A stretch of DNA of 64,000 bases, taken from NCBI GenBank assembly GCA_022605425.2, contig CM061246.1:744001-808000 (forward strand), written 5' to 3'. Positions 51,199-63,295 of this stretch are shown one piece after another (the first letter of the stretch is position 1; each line of letters begins with the position of its first letter). The DNA comes from Hamiltosporidium tvaerminnensis FI-OER-3-3. Lineage: Eukaryota; Fungi; Microsporidia. Both the position numbers and the translations under genes were made by a program. The notes beneath the pieces are model-generated. The model saw nothing but the letters and a program-made list of their open reading frames with translations, was not told the DNA's origin and ran no database searches.

Positions 51199-51860
51199 TG
51201 GAAAGAAAATAGCCACATGAGAAACCATCTGCTTGAGACTGAGTATGTGAAACTGATGTGAAGATCATTATTTGATTTTTTTTGGGAATAAAACCACACT
51301 GTATCTTCGGTTGTTCGATAGAAGTTTTTATGAAGAGAAGAAGATCTACGAAATGGCGAAACTTTTTCTACAAATTTATTTGTAGTTTTTTATGTAACTA
51401 GATCAGAGACAGCAATTAAACAGTAGGTAATTGTCATGAAAAAGCATGGAACCCTAGTCTTGCTCACTCGAGTTAGAAGACTTAGCGCCTAGGGAAAAAT
51501 GAAAACCTTTAATGCCGAGGAAGCATAAGTAACAGGTTATACCTGAGGTATGAGATTACATTGTCTAGGTGGAGTTCATGTAATTCGCCGAGAAATATCT
51601 TAACTGTGAAGTTTATTAAGTTAAGCAAGTGTGGAGTAATCAGGGATGTTGCATAGTCTTAGGAACCTAGAATGGGTTTCAATCTGCTAGTAAACACCAT
51701 GCAACAGATACAAAAAGCACCGGGTGACTGCCTCGCCTATTTACTAGGTTCTAAACCTTATTCAAATGAAAGTATTTATGATGTTTGTATCGTAGGGGTG
51801 ACGTTTTGGAGTGCAATTATTAATGTTAAACCTAAAATTGAGTTAATTCCGTGAAAATAA
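51199..51860 (+). repeat. ~660-nt structured non-coding repeat, type A
   Basis: Reverse complement of 18170-18834. cgg-GTGA-ctg hairpin at 51721-51730. Confidence 0.85.
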
Positions 51861-52247
51861 TCTAAAACATGTCACTATTTCTTAAAAAGATGTGATATTT
51901 AAAAATAGATGTGATATTCTTGCAAATTACTACAATTTAGAAAAGAAAATTTATAATATTCTTTTAAAACAATAGAATATTTCTAAGTGTTTTGTGTTCA
52001 CTTCTCACCTTATTATTAATGTCTTGTATTTTTTTCGAATTAACATTTCCAAATGTGTGCTTTTCATCGTAGTCGGGATATTACTGAATTATATAAATGA
52101 TGATATAATCTGAAAAATTAAGTAAATAAAAGAGAATTGGAATAGTAGGATACATGGCTAGACTGCCATTGAATAAAAATATCTTGATATTTTAAATATA
52201 TTTTTTACATTTATTGGCTATAATTTATAAAATTGAAATAAATGGTT

Positions 52248-53333
52248 TTAATAATAAACAGTTACCATTTTCGTAAAATAAATTACTGCAGTATTTCTTA
52301 AAATTGCATTTACATTGTCTTCATTAAAAAGATGAATTATATCAGAACTTTCTAAAATCAAGCTGAAATCTAAACCAACAATAGCTTTATCATCAGAGTA
52401 AAAATTTCCAGTTTCATATTCATTTATTGCTGTAGGAAATAGTTTTGTAACAATTTCGGGAAATTCTGCAATTGATACTTTATTTTTAAATATATTTTCT
52501 TTAACTAGCAGATCGAGAATCAATTCAATTATTTCAGAAAACCAATCCATTTTTTTTGTTCCATAATTTACACTTTTTATTTTATTTTGTAATATCTTTT
52601 CTATTTGATTGTAAATATTTAAAGTATAGTTATAATCATTGTCGTTTTTAATATCATTTGGATTCTTTGGGATCGTTTCTATAAAGTCATATTTCTGATC
52701 AAATGGTTTTGACGATTGAGTTTCAGAAAAAATAAAATAATAGGCTGTAAAAGATTTAAAAATACATTTCTTAACAAATATTTTCGAATTTTTAACTATT
52801 TTACATTTAAAAAAGTTCTTTTCCATTTTTTTGTAACTTTCCACTACATCACACTGCAATTTAAATATTTCTGGTATAAAATTTTTAGAAATAATTTTGC
52901 TATTGAGAAAAGCTTTAAACCCATTTTTCATTAAATTTCTAATAAAAAATATAAATGATTCGGATGTAAAACAATATAACGTATTTAATTTATCGAATGA
53001 TTCTAAATATTTTAATAATGAAGTATCATCGTTATAATATTCTACTTTAAATATATTATTATTCATATATGTGACTAAATATTTATCACGATTTTTATTT
53101 GGCAATTTAAATGATTTTTCTTGGTCTGATCCATTCTCGAAAATCAAAAGTAAATCCGATCGCATGTGCTTACTAAGATATTCAAAACGAACCTCAGCCA
53201 TTTTCTCGATTATTTTATTCAGTTTGTTTATTTCCAATAGTTGATTCATATATAAATATTCATAAATACAATTTAATAATAGTATTATACCACTGAAATA
53301 TACCATGGCTTTTAAATTTAGTTTTGTCTTCAT
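52248..53333 (-). CDS. Orphan 361-aa protein, copy 3
   Basis: Intact, same length as copy 1, with about 16 amino-acid differences. Confidence 0.85.
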   Translation of the reverse strand: MKTKLNLKAMVYFSGIILLLNCIYEYLYMNQLLEINKLNKIIEKMAEVRFEYLSKHMRSDLLLIFENGSDQEKSFKLPNKNRDKYLVTYMNNNIFKVEYYNDDTSLLKYLESFDKLNTLYCFTSESFIFFIRNLMKNGFKAFLNSKIISKNFIPEIFKLQCDVVESYKKMEKNFFKCKIVKNSKIFVKKCIFKSFTAYYFIFSETQSSKPFDQKYDFIETIPKNPNDIKNDNDYNYTLNIYNQIEKILQNKIKSVNYGTKKMDWFSEIIELILDLLVKENIFKNKVSIAEFPEIVTKLFPTAINEYETGNFYSDDKAIVGLDFSLILESSDIIHLFNEDNVNAILRNTAVIYFTKMVTVYY

Positions 53334-54857
53334 TTTTTAGGGTTCGATTTTAAATTTCTCTATAAATATAAATTGTATAGTAACAGTTAAAAATTTCATA
53401 TAATAAATTTTTTTTTTATAAATGACAAATTAGTTTTTTAAAACTCAAATTATAAAAAATTTTCTTTAATTTATTGCTCAACCGGTTTCTCAAATATTTT
53501 ATATAAAAAATATTTATATGTTTAATTAAAAATTTATTAATCTATAATTTATGCATTCTAAAATAAAAATTATATGTTTTAAAAAATTGCAATTTCGTTT
53601 CTTCGCTGTAAAAATACATCAGCCTAATGGTTTTAGTGTAAATAGAATGTGAATTATTTTATTTAATTCTAGTCAATTTTTGCAAAAACCAAGATTAAAT
53701 AATAGCATTATATGCTTAATAAGGTTAATTAAAATATTTATTTATGAAATATTGGAAATTAAAGAATCAAAATTATTTTTGGTATCATTACAAATAGATA
53801 GAGTAATACGAATTCTTTATAGAATATAAATATATAATTTCACTTTTGTAAGAAATTTGAAAATAATTTATTGAGAAAAATATAGAAATGTATGCCAAAA
53901 TCAACATTAAGGTCTGTATTTAAAACCGACATAGAACTTAAAATAACCACCAAATAAATTTTTAGGTAAAATTAATTAAATACTGTAATGTTAAAAAAGA
54001 GAAAGTATTTTTCAACTTTCTTTGAATACTTACACTAAAAGCAAGTAGAAATAGATATTACAGTCGAAATGTAGAATTTCACATAAATTTATTTTCGGAT
54101 ATTTCCATATATGATAATATATAAATAAAAGGTGGATATTATAAGAAGATACAATAAAGCTTGAAAATAAGGAGGAATTTAATATAGCCCACACTTTAAC
54201 ATCCAAAAAACTCTCAAATACCGCTTTAACCGATGTAGGATATCAGAATGCATTTGATTTTTTATTATGTGGAGAAAACAAGATGAAAGATTTCTGCCAA
54301 AACTGAAAATACAATTAATTTCCTCTATCATCGTATACGAAGATTTATAGATAGGATTTTTATAAAAATGAAATTCAAATATGTGCCCAATTCTTCCAGA
54401 CAAGATATGACGTAAATAAATTTTTTGTTAGGAAAATACATATAAAATCCAACATATATACAGCCAGGCGAATGAAGACTAGGATATTATTAAAACAAAA
54501 TGACAAATCATACATTTCAAATCACAGAAATTTTAAAATATTTATATAAAAGAGTGTTTGCCCTTTAAATAATTTCATTATTTTTCTTCCTTTAAATACA
54601 CATGTCATAATCTTAATTTATAAGAGATAAAAAGAGACCTGAGGGTGTACAACGAATTATCTTTCATTGTACTGACTCAGGGTGAACTTATTAAATCGTA
54701 AATTTTATATTCATTATGGCAGGAAAAATAAAATAATTGTGGTTTTAGAATCTACCCTTTTTAGGATTATTACTTAGATAAAACAAAATATTTCTTTTTT
54801 TTTTAACATTTTATAGTAAAAATCGAAAAATATTAAAATATTTTTTTCTTGTGCTGA

Positions 54858-56208
54858 TTTTTATTTAATAAAATTCCGGGTTAAGATATTTTTTAACATT
54901 TTTATATGTTTTCTTCTACCTCTTTAACCACTATTGTCTCTTCTTCCAAATCCGACTCTTCATTTATGTTATTGATTGGTTCCTTAAAGTGGTTCCTCCT
55001 TGTGAAATAAAGGGTGCTTTATTTTTTGGTTTAAAATTTTTTGCTCCATTTTCCTCTCTCTTCTCTTCTTTTAAAGAGGGTGTTGGTTCCTCATGGATCT
55101 CTGCTCACATAATGACACCTATTGACGCTCTCTCTTAGCTCTCTTCGGCATTTAGTCCTGACTCAAGTCCTCTTCATCGATCAAAAGAAATCGTCTCGAC
55201 TGTCTTCTTAATTACTATAGACTGAATGTATGCCTTTACATTCATGGGTATTTCTAGTCTTTTAAGGTGAGATTTATGGTATTTTGTCACAATACCGTCC
55301 CAGGTCATCACATAAGGGATTATCTCAACATTACACTTATAAATAAGACCCAACTGATTGGCTAACAGGTCAAACTTCCTTAGTTTTTCAGTTTCAACTA
55401 TTTGAAGTGAATCCTGGGAAGTGATTCCTACTTCAATAAGTGTTATCTTATTCTTATTCTTATCTAAAATAAATATGTCAGGTCTGTTATTTCAATTTTT
55501 AACATCAGTTTTTATTCTGGTGTCCAGTCTTATCTCTGCATACTCATTATCAAGAATTTCTTGAACTGAGTGGCTCCTTATTCGTTTTGAAAACTTAAAC
55601 TTATATCTATTTAGAAGAAGAAGATGTAGGCATCTAACCACTTCATTATGCCGTCTAGTGTAATCATGGCCTAGCATTTTTTCACATCTAGTTGCTAGAT
55701 GATCCACAGTCTTACCAGACTTGCCGCAATGTTGACACACACCATCTGCTCCCCAGAATACATTTCTATCCTGGATATAGCAGAACACAGCTTCATTGCG
55801 TGGCCTAATATTTCCTCTCTTTAGCCATCTAGAAGAGTCACTAACACTCACAAGCTCATTTTTTTTGCATTATATAACTTTGAATGAAGTTTTCGTTTTT
55901 CTATTTTTTTATATAGTTTTGCAAGTTGAGCTTCTTCGAAACTTTTCTTAGTGACTTCTTCTACCAACCTATACTTTAATTTTAAGAAACCTTTTATTAG
56001 TGCAAAATGGAGTTTATTATTATTCTCCACCTTGAGGATTGCTGCTCGTCTAGTTGATATTTCTTTACATTTTTCCAGATAATCCGTGAGAAGCAGAAGC
56101 CTAAGTTCGCTTCGCAACTCAACACTATGTAAGCCTCTTCTAGGTTTGGTTATAGGAAGGTAAAAACGCTGTTTGCATCTTAGGCGAAGATATATCTTAT
56201 TCTTTACC
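54858..56208 (-). mobile_element. 5'-truncated RLE non-LTR element
   Basis: ORFs 55492-55851 and 55848-56117 are nearly identical to the RLE region of 46998-48320. Same 3' tail cccggaattttattaaataaaaa. Confidence 0.95.
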
Positions 56209-56399
56209 TTATATTACAGAATAATTATCGTAACTTATCACATAAGAGATTATATATAGTATAATCATAAATAAGATGGAGATTATCTGTCAACAAGTCG
56301 TGTTTACCTACCCTTTTTTCAGCTCAGCGATCGGAAGTGTGCTCCTTAGAAGTAATTCCACCACCATTAAGCATTATATTTTTGAATTTTAGTCAAATA

Positions 56400-57110
56400 T
56401 GAAAAAAACGAATCAACCAATTTAAATTTGGACCTGCGTTTTTACTCTAATATCTACCCTTATTTCCACTTACTCGTTTTCACTAACTTCTTGAACTTGA
56501 CACCTAATTCGTTTATACGACTTAAATATTTCCACTTTGTTTATATAGAAGTAGGCCTCTAATCACTTCCTTGGGATCTCAAGTAAGCAGTGTTCAAGTG
56601 TTTTTTGACACTTATCGCCCAATGCTTTATGAAATTCATATATTGCAAAGCTCTCCATTTTTGTACACACCAAATTACATTTATATCCTGATATAGGGAA
56701 AAGAATTGTCTTGCGTAGCTCGATGTTCTCTTGCTCGGGTCATATTTACCAATCACAAACAAGGCCATTTATATGTATTTATATATATATATATTAATGT
56801 GATTTTGTGATTTCAATTACCTTATATAAATTTGCAAGTTTAACCTTTGGATTTTTTCTGAGCTTTATTTTGTTCTATATCTAACCTGAATAGAGCTCTT
56901 CATAATAAAATGTGAGCTCGTTTAGTTTTCAAAATTTTAGGATTGCAGCTCCCTTGTTTTATATTTGTTGCTTGTTTCCGTCAACACAAGGATTGCAAAA
57001 ACACATATTTGCTTCATGAATAAATAGCGTATAAAACCACAAAGCTTCCGCCTAGGTAAACAGATCAAGTTTTTATATACTGCACCATGATACAATTTAT
57101 ATTGAGTTAA
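56400..57110 (-). mobile_element. Older diverged RLE non-LTR fragment
   Basis: Minus-strand YQDINVIW, FKSYKRIR and EIRVDIRVKTQVQI correspond to IQDRNVFW, FKSSKRIR and EIRVDTRIKTDVKI. Confidence 0.7.
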
Positions 57111-57616
57111 ACTTATTATATAATGCTCTACTTAAAGAAGCATTAGTCGGAATATTTTATATGATTTCATATAGCTTGTCATTAAATATACAAGCTTTGA
57201 CACAATAAAAATATAGTTTGTCTAGTTTCCACTCTATTATACCAATATATAAATTTTATTTCAAACCGTCAGCACCATTATAAAACTTATAAATTATTTT
57301 TTGTTTTATTTTTGTCCCGAAATTACGATTTTGGTTTCTTTCTTGTGTCTATAACAATGCTTTGAAATGTTTTCATTTGAAATTCAACTTAAAATAACGT
57401 TAAATAAAACTCATTCCTCTCACTTTAAGTTTTCTCCTTTTTAAATTTTCAAAATAAATCTATAATCTTTGAATATATAAACACAATAAAAAAAAATATT
57501 CCATACTGGTCTTTGACTATTTCTTTTGAAAATCATTTGAATTTCCAATGAATTAAATATTTCATTTTGAATTGAATCAAATTCTTGATTGAAAAAATAA
57601 CCCATAACATCTAATA

Positions 57617-58699
57617 ATGAACAAAGTACAAATTTTTGAATTTGATGAACTTGAGCTGTTAAGATACACAAGAAATCTACCACAAAATTACAATTTTGAA
57701 ATTAAAAAAACATTAACAACGATTAAAAGAAACAATTCAAAACAAATCGGATTGCAATTTCCAGACGGGTTGTTGAAATATTCTTTGGTTTTATCAGATA
57801 TAATAACGTATTTTACTGGTGCGTCCACAATTATATTATCAGATGTAGTATACGGTGCATGCTGTATTGACGACATCTCTGCACATAGTTTGGGTTGTGA
57901 TTTATTGATACATTATGGTCATTCTTGTTTAATTCCTATTACAAGTATGTTGATACAGACATTATATATCTTTGTAGATATTAGATTTAATACTAATCAT
58001 TGTACCGAAATGGTAAAAACTTTGATAAAAAATCAAAAAAGAATAACTTTGACAGGAACAGTACAGTTCTTGGGGTGTATAAATGAAGTTTATAAGAAAA
58101 TAAAAACCGATAAAAATATCCAAATATCTAGAATTCGTCCTTTAAGTCCAGGTGAAGTTCTAGGGTGTACATCGCCAAAATTAAAAGATACAGACATTGT
58201 AGTTTATATAGCAGATGGTAGATTTCATCTTGAAAGTGTCATGATAAGCAATCCAAATTTAGAATTTTTTAAATATTGTCCATTTACTAGAAAAATGACA
58301 CAGGAATATTACGGTTACGAAAAATTTTTAGAAGAAAGAAAAAATAGTTTAAAGAAAGCTTTACAGGGCCGTACTTTTGGTATAATTTTAGGTACTCTTG
58401 GTAGACAAGGTAATTCTGTAATTCATAAAAACGTATCACAGAAATTAAAACTTTTAGGATACAAAATTTTTAATTTTCTAGCCCCTGAAATTAGTAATAA
58501 CACATTGGATTCATATATATTCATCGATGCATTTGTTCAGATATCATGTCCACGTCTTAGTATAGACTGGGGTATGAATTTTAAAAAACCACTTTTAACT
58601 CCTTTTGAAATTTTGGGAAATATAAATGAATATACGATGGATTATTATTCTTCAGAAGGATCAGCACCCTGGAAAAATTATAATAACACCATTTCTTAA
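57617..58699 (+). CDS. DPH1: Diphthamide biosynthesis protein 1 (2-(3-amino-3-carboxypropyl)histidine synthase subunit)
   Basis: LQFPDGL, YGACCIDD, HYGHSCL, GEVLGCTSP, DGRFHLES, LGTLGRQG and CPRLSIDWG motifs; upstream CCC motif. Confidence 0.95.
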   Translation: MNKVQIFEFDELELLRYTRNLPQNYNFEIKKTLTTIKRNNSKQIGLQFPDGLLKYSLVLSDIITYFTGASTIILSDVVYGACCIDDISAHSLGCDLLIHYGHSCLIPITSMLIQTLYIFVDIRFNTNHCTEMVKTLIKNQKRITLTGTVQFLGCINEVYKKIKTDKNIQISRIRPLSPGEVLGCTSPKLKDTDIVVYIADGRFHLESVMISNPNLEFFKYCPFTRKMTQEYYGYEKFLEERKNSLKKALQGRTFGIILGTLGRQGNSVIHKNVSQKLKLLGYKIFNFLAPEISNNTLDSYIFIDAFVQISCPRLSIDWGMNFKKPLLTPFEILGNINEYTMDYYSSEGSAPWKNYNNTIS

Positions 58700-58704
58700 T
58701 AGGT

Positions 58705-59170
58705 TTTTAAATTAAATTTATTTACAGTAAAATAATTTAAATGAAGAACTTTTTTTTGTTAGTTTAATTTATTTTTGCCGCTAATTAACATGAAATTATA
58801 AAATAGAATTTTTTTTTAAATTAAATTAATTTACGGTAAAGTAAAATAAAAAAAAGAGTTATTTTGGCAATTAGATTTATTTTTGGCGAAATATATTTTT
58901 GAGATTTTTGAATTTATTTAGGGTAAAAAAATAAGAAGAAGAATTTTTTTCGTTTAATTTTCTGTTTTTAGATAAAACTTATTTTAAGATTCTAAAATTA
59001 ATTTATAGAGAAAGTAAAATAAATTAGATAGAATTTTTTCTTCATATTCTGTTTTTAGACAAAACATATTTTAAGATTCTCAAATTAATTTATAGAGAAA
59101 GAAAAATTAGATAAAATTATTTTTTCTTTCATATTCTGTTTGTAGATAAAACATAGTTTAAGATTTATAA
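58705..59170. repeat. Degenerate AT-rich minisatellite (~87-bp period)
   Basis: ttctgttt(t/g)taga(t/c)aaaac recurs at ~58960, ~59047 and ~59133, with looser units upstream. Confidence 0.7.
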
Positions 59171-59620
59171 ATTTTATAAAAAATTTGCAATTTGATATAT
59201 TTTAAATATCGGGAAACATATATTATTAGAAAATTTATTTATATATTTGATAAAATTGTAAAATAAAAATATAATTTTTTATAGAAACAATTTATCTCCT
59301 AAAATCATTAATAGTTCCTACATTTAATCTATTTTATTTTAAGAATATATTTTTATATATTTCTTATTTAATGTTAGTGAGACTTTTCTTCTTATTAAAG
59401 CTAAAAATTTTGGTTAAAATGTATTACTAACTAAAAAATTTCTGTTTAAATTCATTTTATTACTAAAATAATTGATTAAAATTAAAAATGTATTACTAAC
59501 TAAAAAATTTCCGTTTAAATTCATTTTTAATTTTTCGTTTGTACTTTAAGATTTTCTTAAAAAAAATAGATAAAAAACAATCCACCTCAAAGTTTCCAAC
59601 AACCCATCAGAATATTTCAA

Positions 59621-61336
59621 ATGGTAAATAGAAACGTTATAAAAAATGAGAAATCTGATCTATTCGTTATAAAAATAGCACTACAGCATTTTTTTAGTAC
59701 ACACAAAGGTGTATATTTGGTTCTTTTTGTCGTTTTTTCGTCAATTATTTTATCAAAATATTTTGACTACAAAACACAAGAATTATATCTTTTGATGGAG
59801 AAAGATACGTCTGACTCAAAACTTAAAAGTATTATTTTCTACATTTTATTAACGGAAGTATTGGATATTTCTTTTCATAAATTGCAACAGATAGTTTTTG
59901 TCAGTTTATTGACACAATACAGAACAAATATAGCATCAAGCGCATTTAAATATATTTTATACAACGGTATAAAAAACAATATTGATTTAACTAACGGATC
60001 TATTCAATTTGCAGTTCTAGAAGGTACAAAAGGATTAGAAAATCTTATTGATTGTTTAGTAATTTACATTTTACCACAATTGGTTTCAATATTTTTATTT
60101 TGTAGAAAACTTAATAGTGGTTTTGGTAATTTAATTTCCTTCATGATATTTTTATCATTGGCTGTTTCTGTTTATATTCAAATAAAAATAACAAAAATAA
60201 AACTTAAATCAAAAAAGATCAATAATAAATCTCGTTGCAAATCAGACACAATCTTATACGAAGCATTTAATAATTTAGAAACTATAAATTTGATGTCAAC
60301 TGAAGAATATGAAAGTGTAAATTATAAGAATGAATTACAATATAATCAGAAGTTTTATGTTCATTTTGAAAGAATGAACAGTTTTTTTATATTTTTGCAC
60401 AAAATATTTTTTAGTATCGTAAAAACGATTACTTGTATTTTATTTTTAACAAAAAATAATGAAAATAACGATTCCGGAACAAAAATGAGATGCTTAATGA
60501 CTTTTATTAATAAATCTGATAAATCAATAGATTCTACTGGTAAATTGTTTACTTACATTAAAGAATCTATTTTAAATAGTAAATTGGTTTTGGATTATAT
60601 TGAAGATATTAGGAATGAAGAAGAAAATTATCTAATTATTTCGGATTTAAAAAGTATTAAATTCAAAAATGTGGAATTTTTATATGAAAACATTTCGATT
60701 TTTAAAGAAATAAATTTTGAAATTAAAATTTGGAAAAATGTTGCTGTCTATAGTAGTACAGATGGATTAAACACGTTACTTATCAAGCTTATATTTGGAT
60801 TTAAGAAATACAAAGGTGAAATTTTGATAAATGATGTAGAATTAAAGGATATAGATAATAAGATTTGGCTAAAAAACATTTTTTATTTTCAACCTGATTT
60901 TAATTTATTTAATAATACAATCGAATTTAATATTTTATACGGAAATTTTAATGTATCTAAATCCGATATGGTAAATATTTCTAAAAAAATAGGATTACAT
61001 GAAAGTATTATAAATAAAATAGATGAATACCAAACACAAATAAATGATAATGATACTTTAATAACGGTTGAAGAAAAACATAAAATATTATTTGCCAGAG
61101 GTATTTTAAAAAAGCCTAAAATTATTATTTTGTCAGAATCATATTGTAAAGCTGTCAATCAATCCATTAAAAGTTTATCTGAATTAATCAGATCTATATT
61201 TACAGAAATAACCATCATATTTCTTACTTGTGACATAAAAACTCTTTCATTTTTTGATCAGATAATTTTTATAAAAGAGAATGGTGTTGATTTTTGTGGA
61301 ACATTTGATAATTTTATAAAATTTAATTTAATTTAG
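59621..61336 (+). CDS. ATM1-like ABCB half-transporter with degenerate nucleotide-binding domain
   Basis: N-terminal multi-TM domain with EAFNNLETIN, then IKFKNVEFLY, LFNNTIEFNILYG and ARGILKKPKIIIL. Walker A, signature and Walker B motifs are non-canonical. Confidence 0.85.
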   Translation: MVNRNVIKNEKSDLFVIKIALQHFFSTHKGVYLVLFVVFSSIILSKYFDYKTQELYLLMEKDTSDSKLKSIIFYILLTEVLDISFHKLQQIVFVSLLTQYRTNIASSAFKYILYNGIKNNIDLTNGSIQFAVLEGTKGLENLIDCLVIYILPQLVSIFLFCRKLNSGFGNLISFMIFLSLAVSVYIQIKITKIKLKSKKINNKSRCKSDTILYEAFNNLETINLMSTEEYESVNYKNELQYNQKFYVHFERMNSFFIFLHKIFFSIVKTITCILFLTKNNENNDSGTKMRCLMTFINKSDKSIDSTGKLFTYIKESILNSKLVLDYIEDIRNEEENYLIISDLKSIKFKNVEFLYENISIFKEINFEIKIWKNVAVYSSTDGLNTLLIKLIFGFKKYKGEILINDVELKDIDNKIWLKNIFYFQPDFNLFNNTIEFNILYGNFNVSKSDMVNISKKIGLHESIINKIDEYQTQINDNDTLITVEEKHKILFARGILKKPKIIILSESYCKAVNQSIKSLSELIRSIFTEITIIFLTCDIKTLSFFDQIIFIKENGVDFCGTFDNFIKFNLI

Positions 61337-61499
61337 ATTTCATAGATATTTTAAAGCGCAAATAATTAAATAAATTTAAAATTTTTATAAAATACGGGAT
61401 TCGTATTTTGTATAAACATTAATTTTTTTCATATCAGGTTCTTTATTTTTGTGATATTTCTTATGTTTTTAATCAATACTTTATTCTTGATATTTTATG

Positions 61500-62100
61500 A
61501 ATTAAGTCTTTATTCTTATAATCTTCGCCTATCAAAATAAATGCACTTGCCAGTTTTTTGCGATAATGTAACTTAATATGCTTTATTTTACTCAATAGTT
61601 TATACTTCCCAATAAAGATTTTTTAATACTTGGTATCATCCATAAATAACATCCCAAGTTATATCATAAATAGCTGTTAACGCACATAGATAAATATTAT
61701 TTAATTAATTATCCAGATTGTCTTATATCTAGTGTTTTTCGGTTTCGTCGGTTCGAAGATATTCTCCGGAGATGTTTTGATATCATGGGTGTTTATTGTT
61801 ATTTCGTGCTGATTATAAGAAAGATTTAACTATTTTGAATTTTAATAGAGCGTTCATCGAAGTATACAGTCTTATCACTGCATACTCATTGTAAGAAAAT
61901 GATTGAACAGGTGTACCGCCTTCGCTCTTACGAGTTTAATCTATTTAAGAGAAGTAGATATTAATTCCGTAGACTTTTCAACATAAAATAAGATTATTTA
62001 CATGTATTTCCAATATTGAGTATAAAAGTCTTTGGAAAGATTCCTATTCTATATTTAACAAAGAACAACCTTATCTCGTGGATTTATATTCAGTTTTTTT
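61500..62100 (-). mobile_element. Decayed RLE non-LTR fragment
   Basis: Minus-strand YLLLLNR and YNEYAVIRLYT match HLLLLNR and DNEYAEIRVDT. Confidence 0.6.
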
Positions 62101-62365
62101 TAGCAATTTTTAAAAATAAACAACATTTCTTTCATCATTATATTTAAATTACAGTTTTGAATACAATTTGATGTTTTTCTATCTCTTTCTATATGAAACA
62201 CAGTAATTTGAATTTTTTATACACTTTTCCAACAATATTCTTATATATTCTATATTTAAAATTAAGAAAGCAATTACGATTACAAAAGTAATTATCTTTT
62301 TTGATGTTTAGTTGCAACATTAGAAAATATTTATTTTATGAAAAAAGCGCTTCAGCCTTGGAAAA

Positions 62366-63295
62366 ATGACGATTCTAGAATATAAAATATATGTTAAAAA
62401 TAAAGAAAATATTGAAAAAATGCTGTCCTATTCGGTAACAAATAGCATGAAAATACTTTTAATAATTCAATTCGATTGTGAAAAACATCATATTATAAGA
62501 AAATATTACCATCTAATATTTCTATTGAAGAAAAAAAATAAATCGAAATCTGTTATATTTATAGGATTTGATGAGAATAAAGAAACTGATAAATTAAAAC
62601 TTTTAGATATTTCAAATATAGAAGACTATATTAATTACAATATAAGTGAATATTATAATAGTGAATGTGAGGATGATGAATGTGAGGATAACAGTACTGC
62701 TAATTATATTGATTATAAACATGATGCTGCAATAGTTAATATCGCTAAAATTGATGCAAATAATATAACTTCATGTGATACTACAAATATATTTGAATCC
62801 AATATATTTAGAAAGGCAAATATAGATTGTAAATTATATAACGATGAAAAATATTCCAGTGTAGTTGTAGGAGGTACATTTGATAGAATTCACGAAGGTC
62901 ATTTTTTATTATTATCTACCGCCTTTTTATTAGTAAAAGAAAAATTAACTATAGGACTGACAACAGAAGTATTACACATAAAAAAAGCATACAAAGAAAT
63001 TATTCAAACGTACAAAGAAAGGAAAGAAATAGTAATTTTTTTTTGTAAAATATTTGGAATAAAAAAAGCTGTGATTTCTCCATTATCTGATTTTATTGGA
63101 TTGACCGATAAAGAAAATTTTGATTGTGTTGTTGTATCTGAAGAAACTTACAAAGTGTCATTGCTTTTGAATGAAATTAGACGCAAAAAGAATCTTGCCC
63201 TCATGAAAATTGTTGTAACACCTATGATTTCTACCAAAACATACCGTATAAGTTCTTCAGAACTAAGAAGAAAGGAACTATCTAATATTTTCTAA
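62366..63295 (+). CDS. CAB4: Phosphopantetheine adenylyltransferase (CAB4/CoaD-like)
   Basis: VVVGGTFDRIHEGH (HxGH nucleotidyltransferase motif), VVSEET, ISSSELR. Confidence 0.88.
   Translation: MTILEYKIYVKNKENIEKMLSYSVTNSMKILLIIQFDCEKHHIIRKYYHLIFLLKKKNKSKSVIFIGFDENKETDKLKLLDISNIEDYINYNISEYYNSECEDDECEDNSTANYIDYKHDAAIVNIAKIDANNITSCDTTNIFESNIFRKANIDCKLYNDEKYSSVVVGGTFDRIHEGHFLLLSTAFLLVKEKLTIGLTTEVLHIKKAYKEIIQTYKERKEIVIFFCKIFGIKKAVISPLSDFIGLTDKENFDCVVVSEETYKVSLLLNEIRRKKNLALMKIVVTPMISTKTYRISSSELRRKELSNIF

Larger units (their letters stand above)
48363..54857 (-). repeat. Inverted segmental duplication of 15166-21659
   Basis: Reverse-complement match including the orphan gene, two core repeats, the RTE-type insert and the integrase remnant. 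Confidence 0.95.

Noticed and set aside
51350-51780. Core repeat as a degenerate SSU rRNA (collinear short motifs tggcgaa, cgcct.ggg, ggtggag..aattcg, tgcat.g, gcaac)
   Set aside because: The motifs are short, the expected helices 35 and 37 do not pair, and the universal 530-loop and 1400-region sequences are absent. An Rfam SSU search would settle it.
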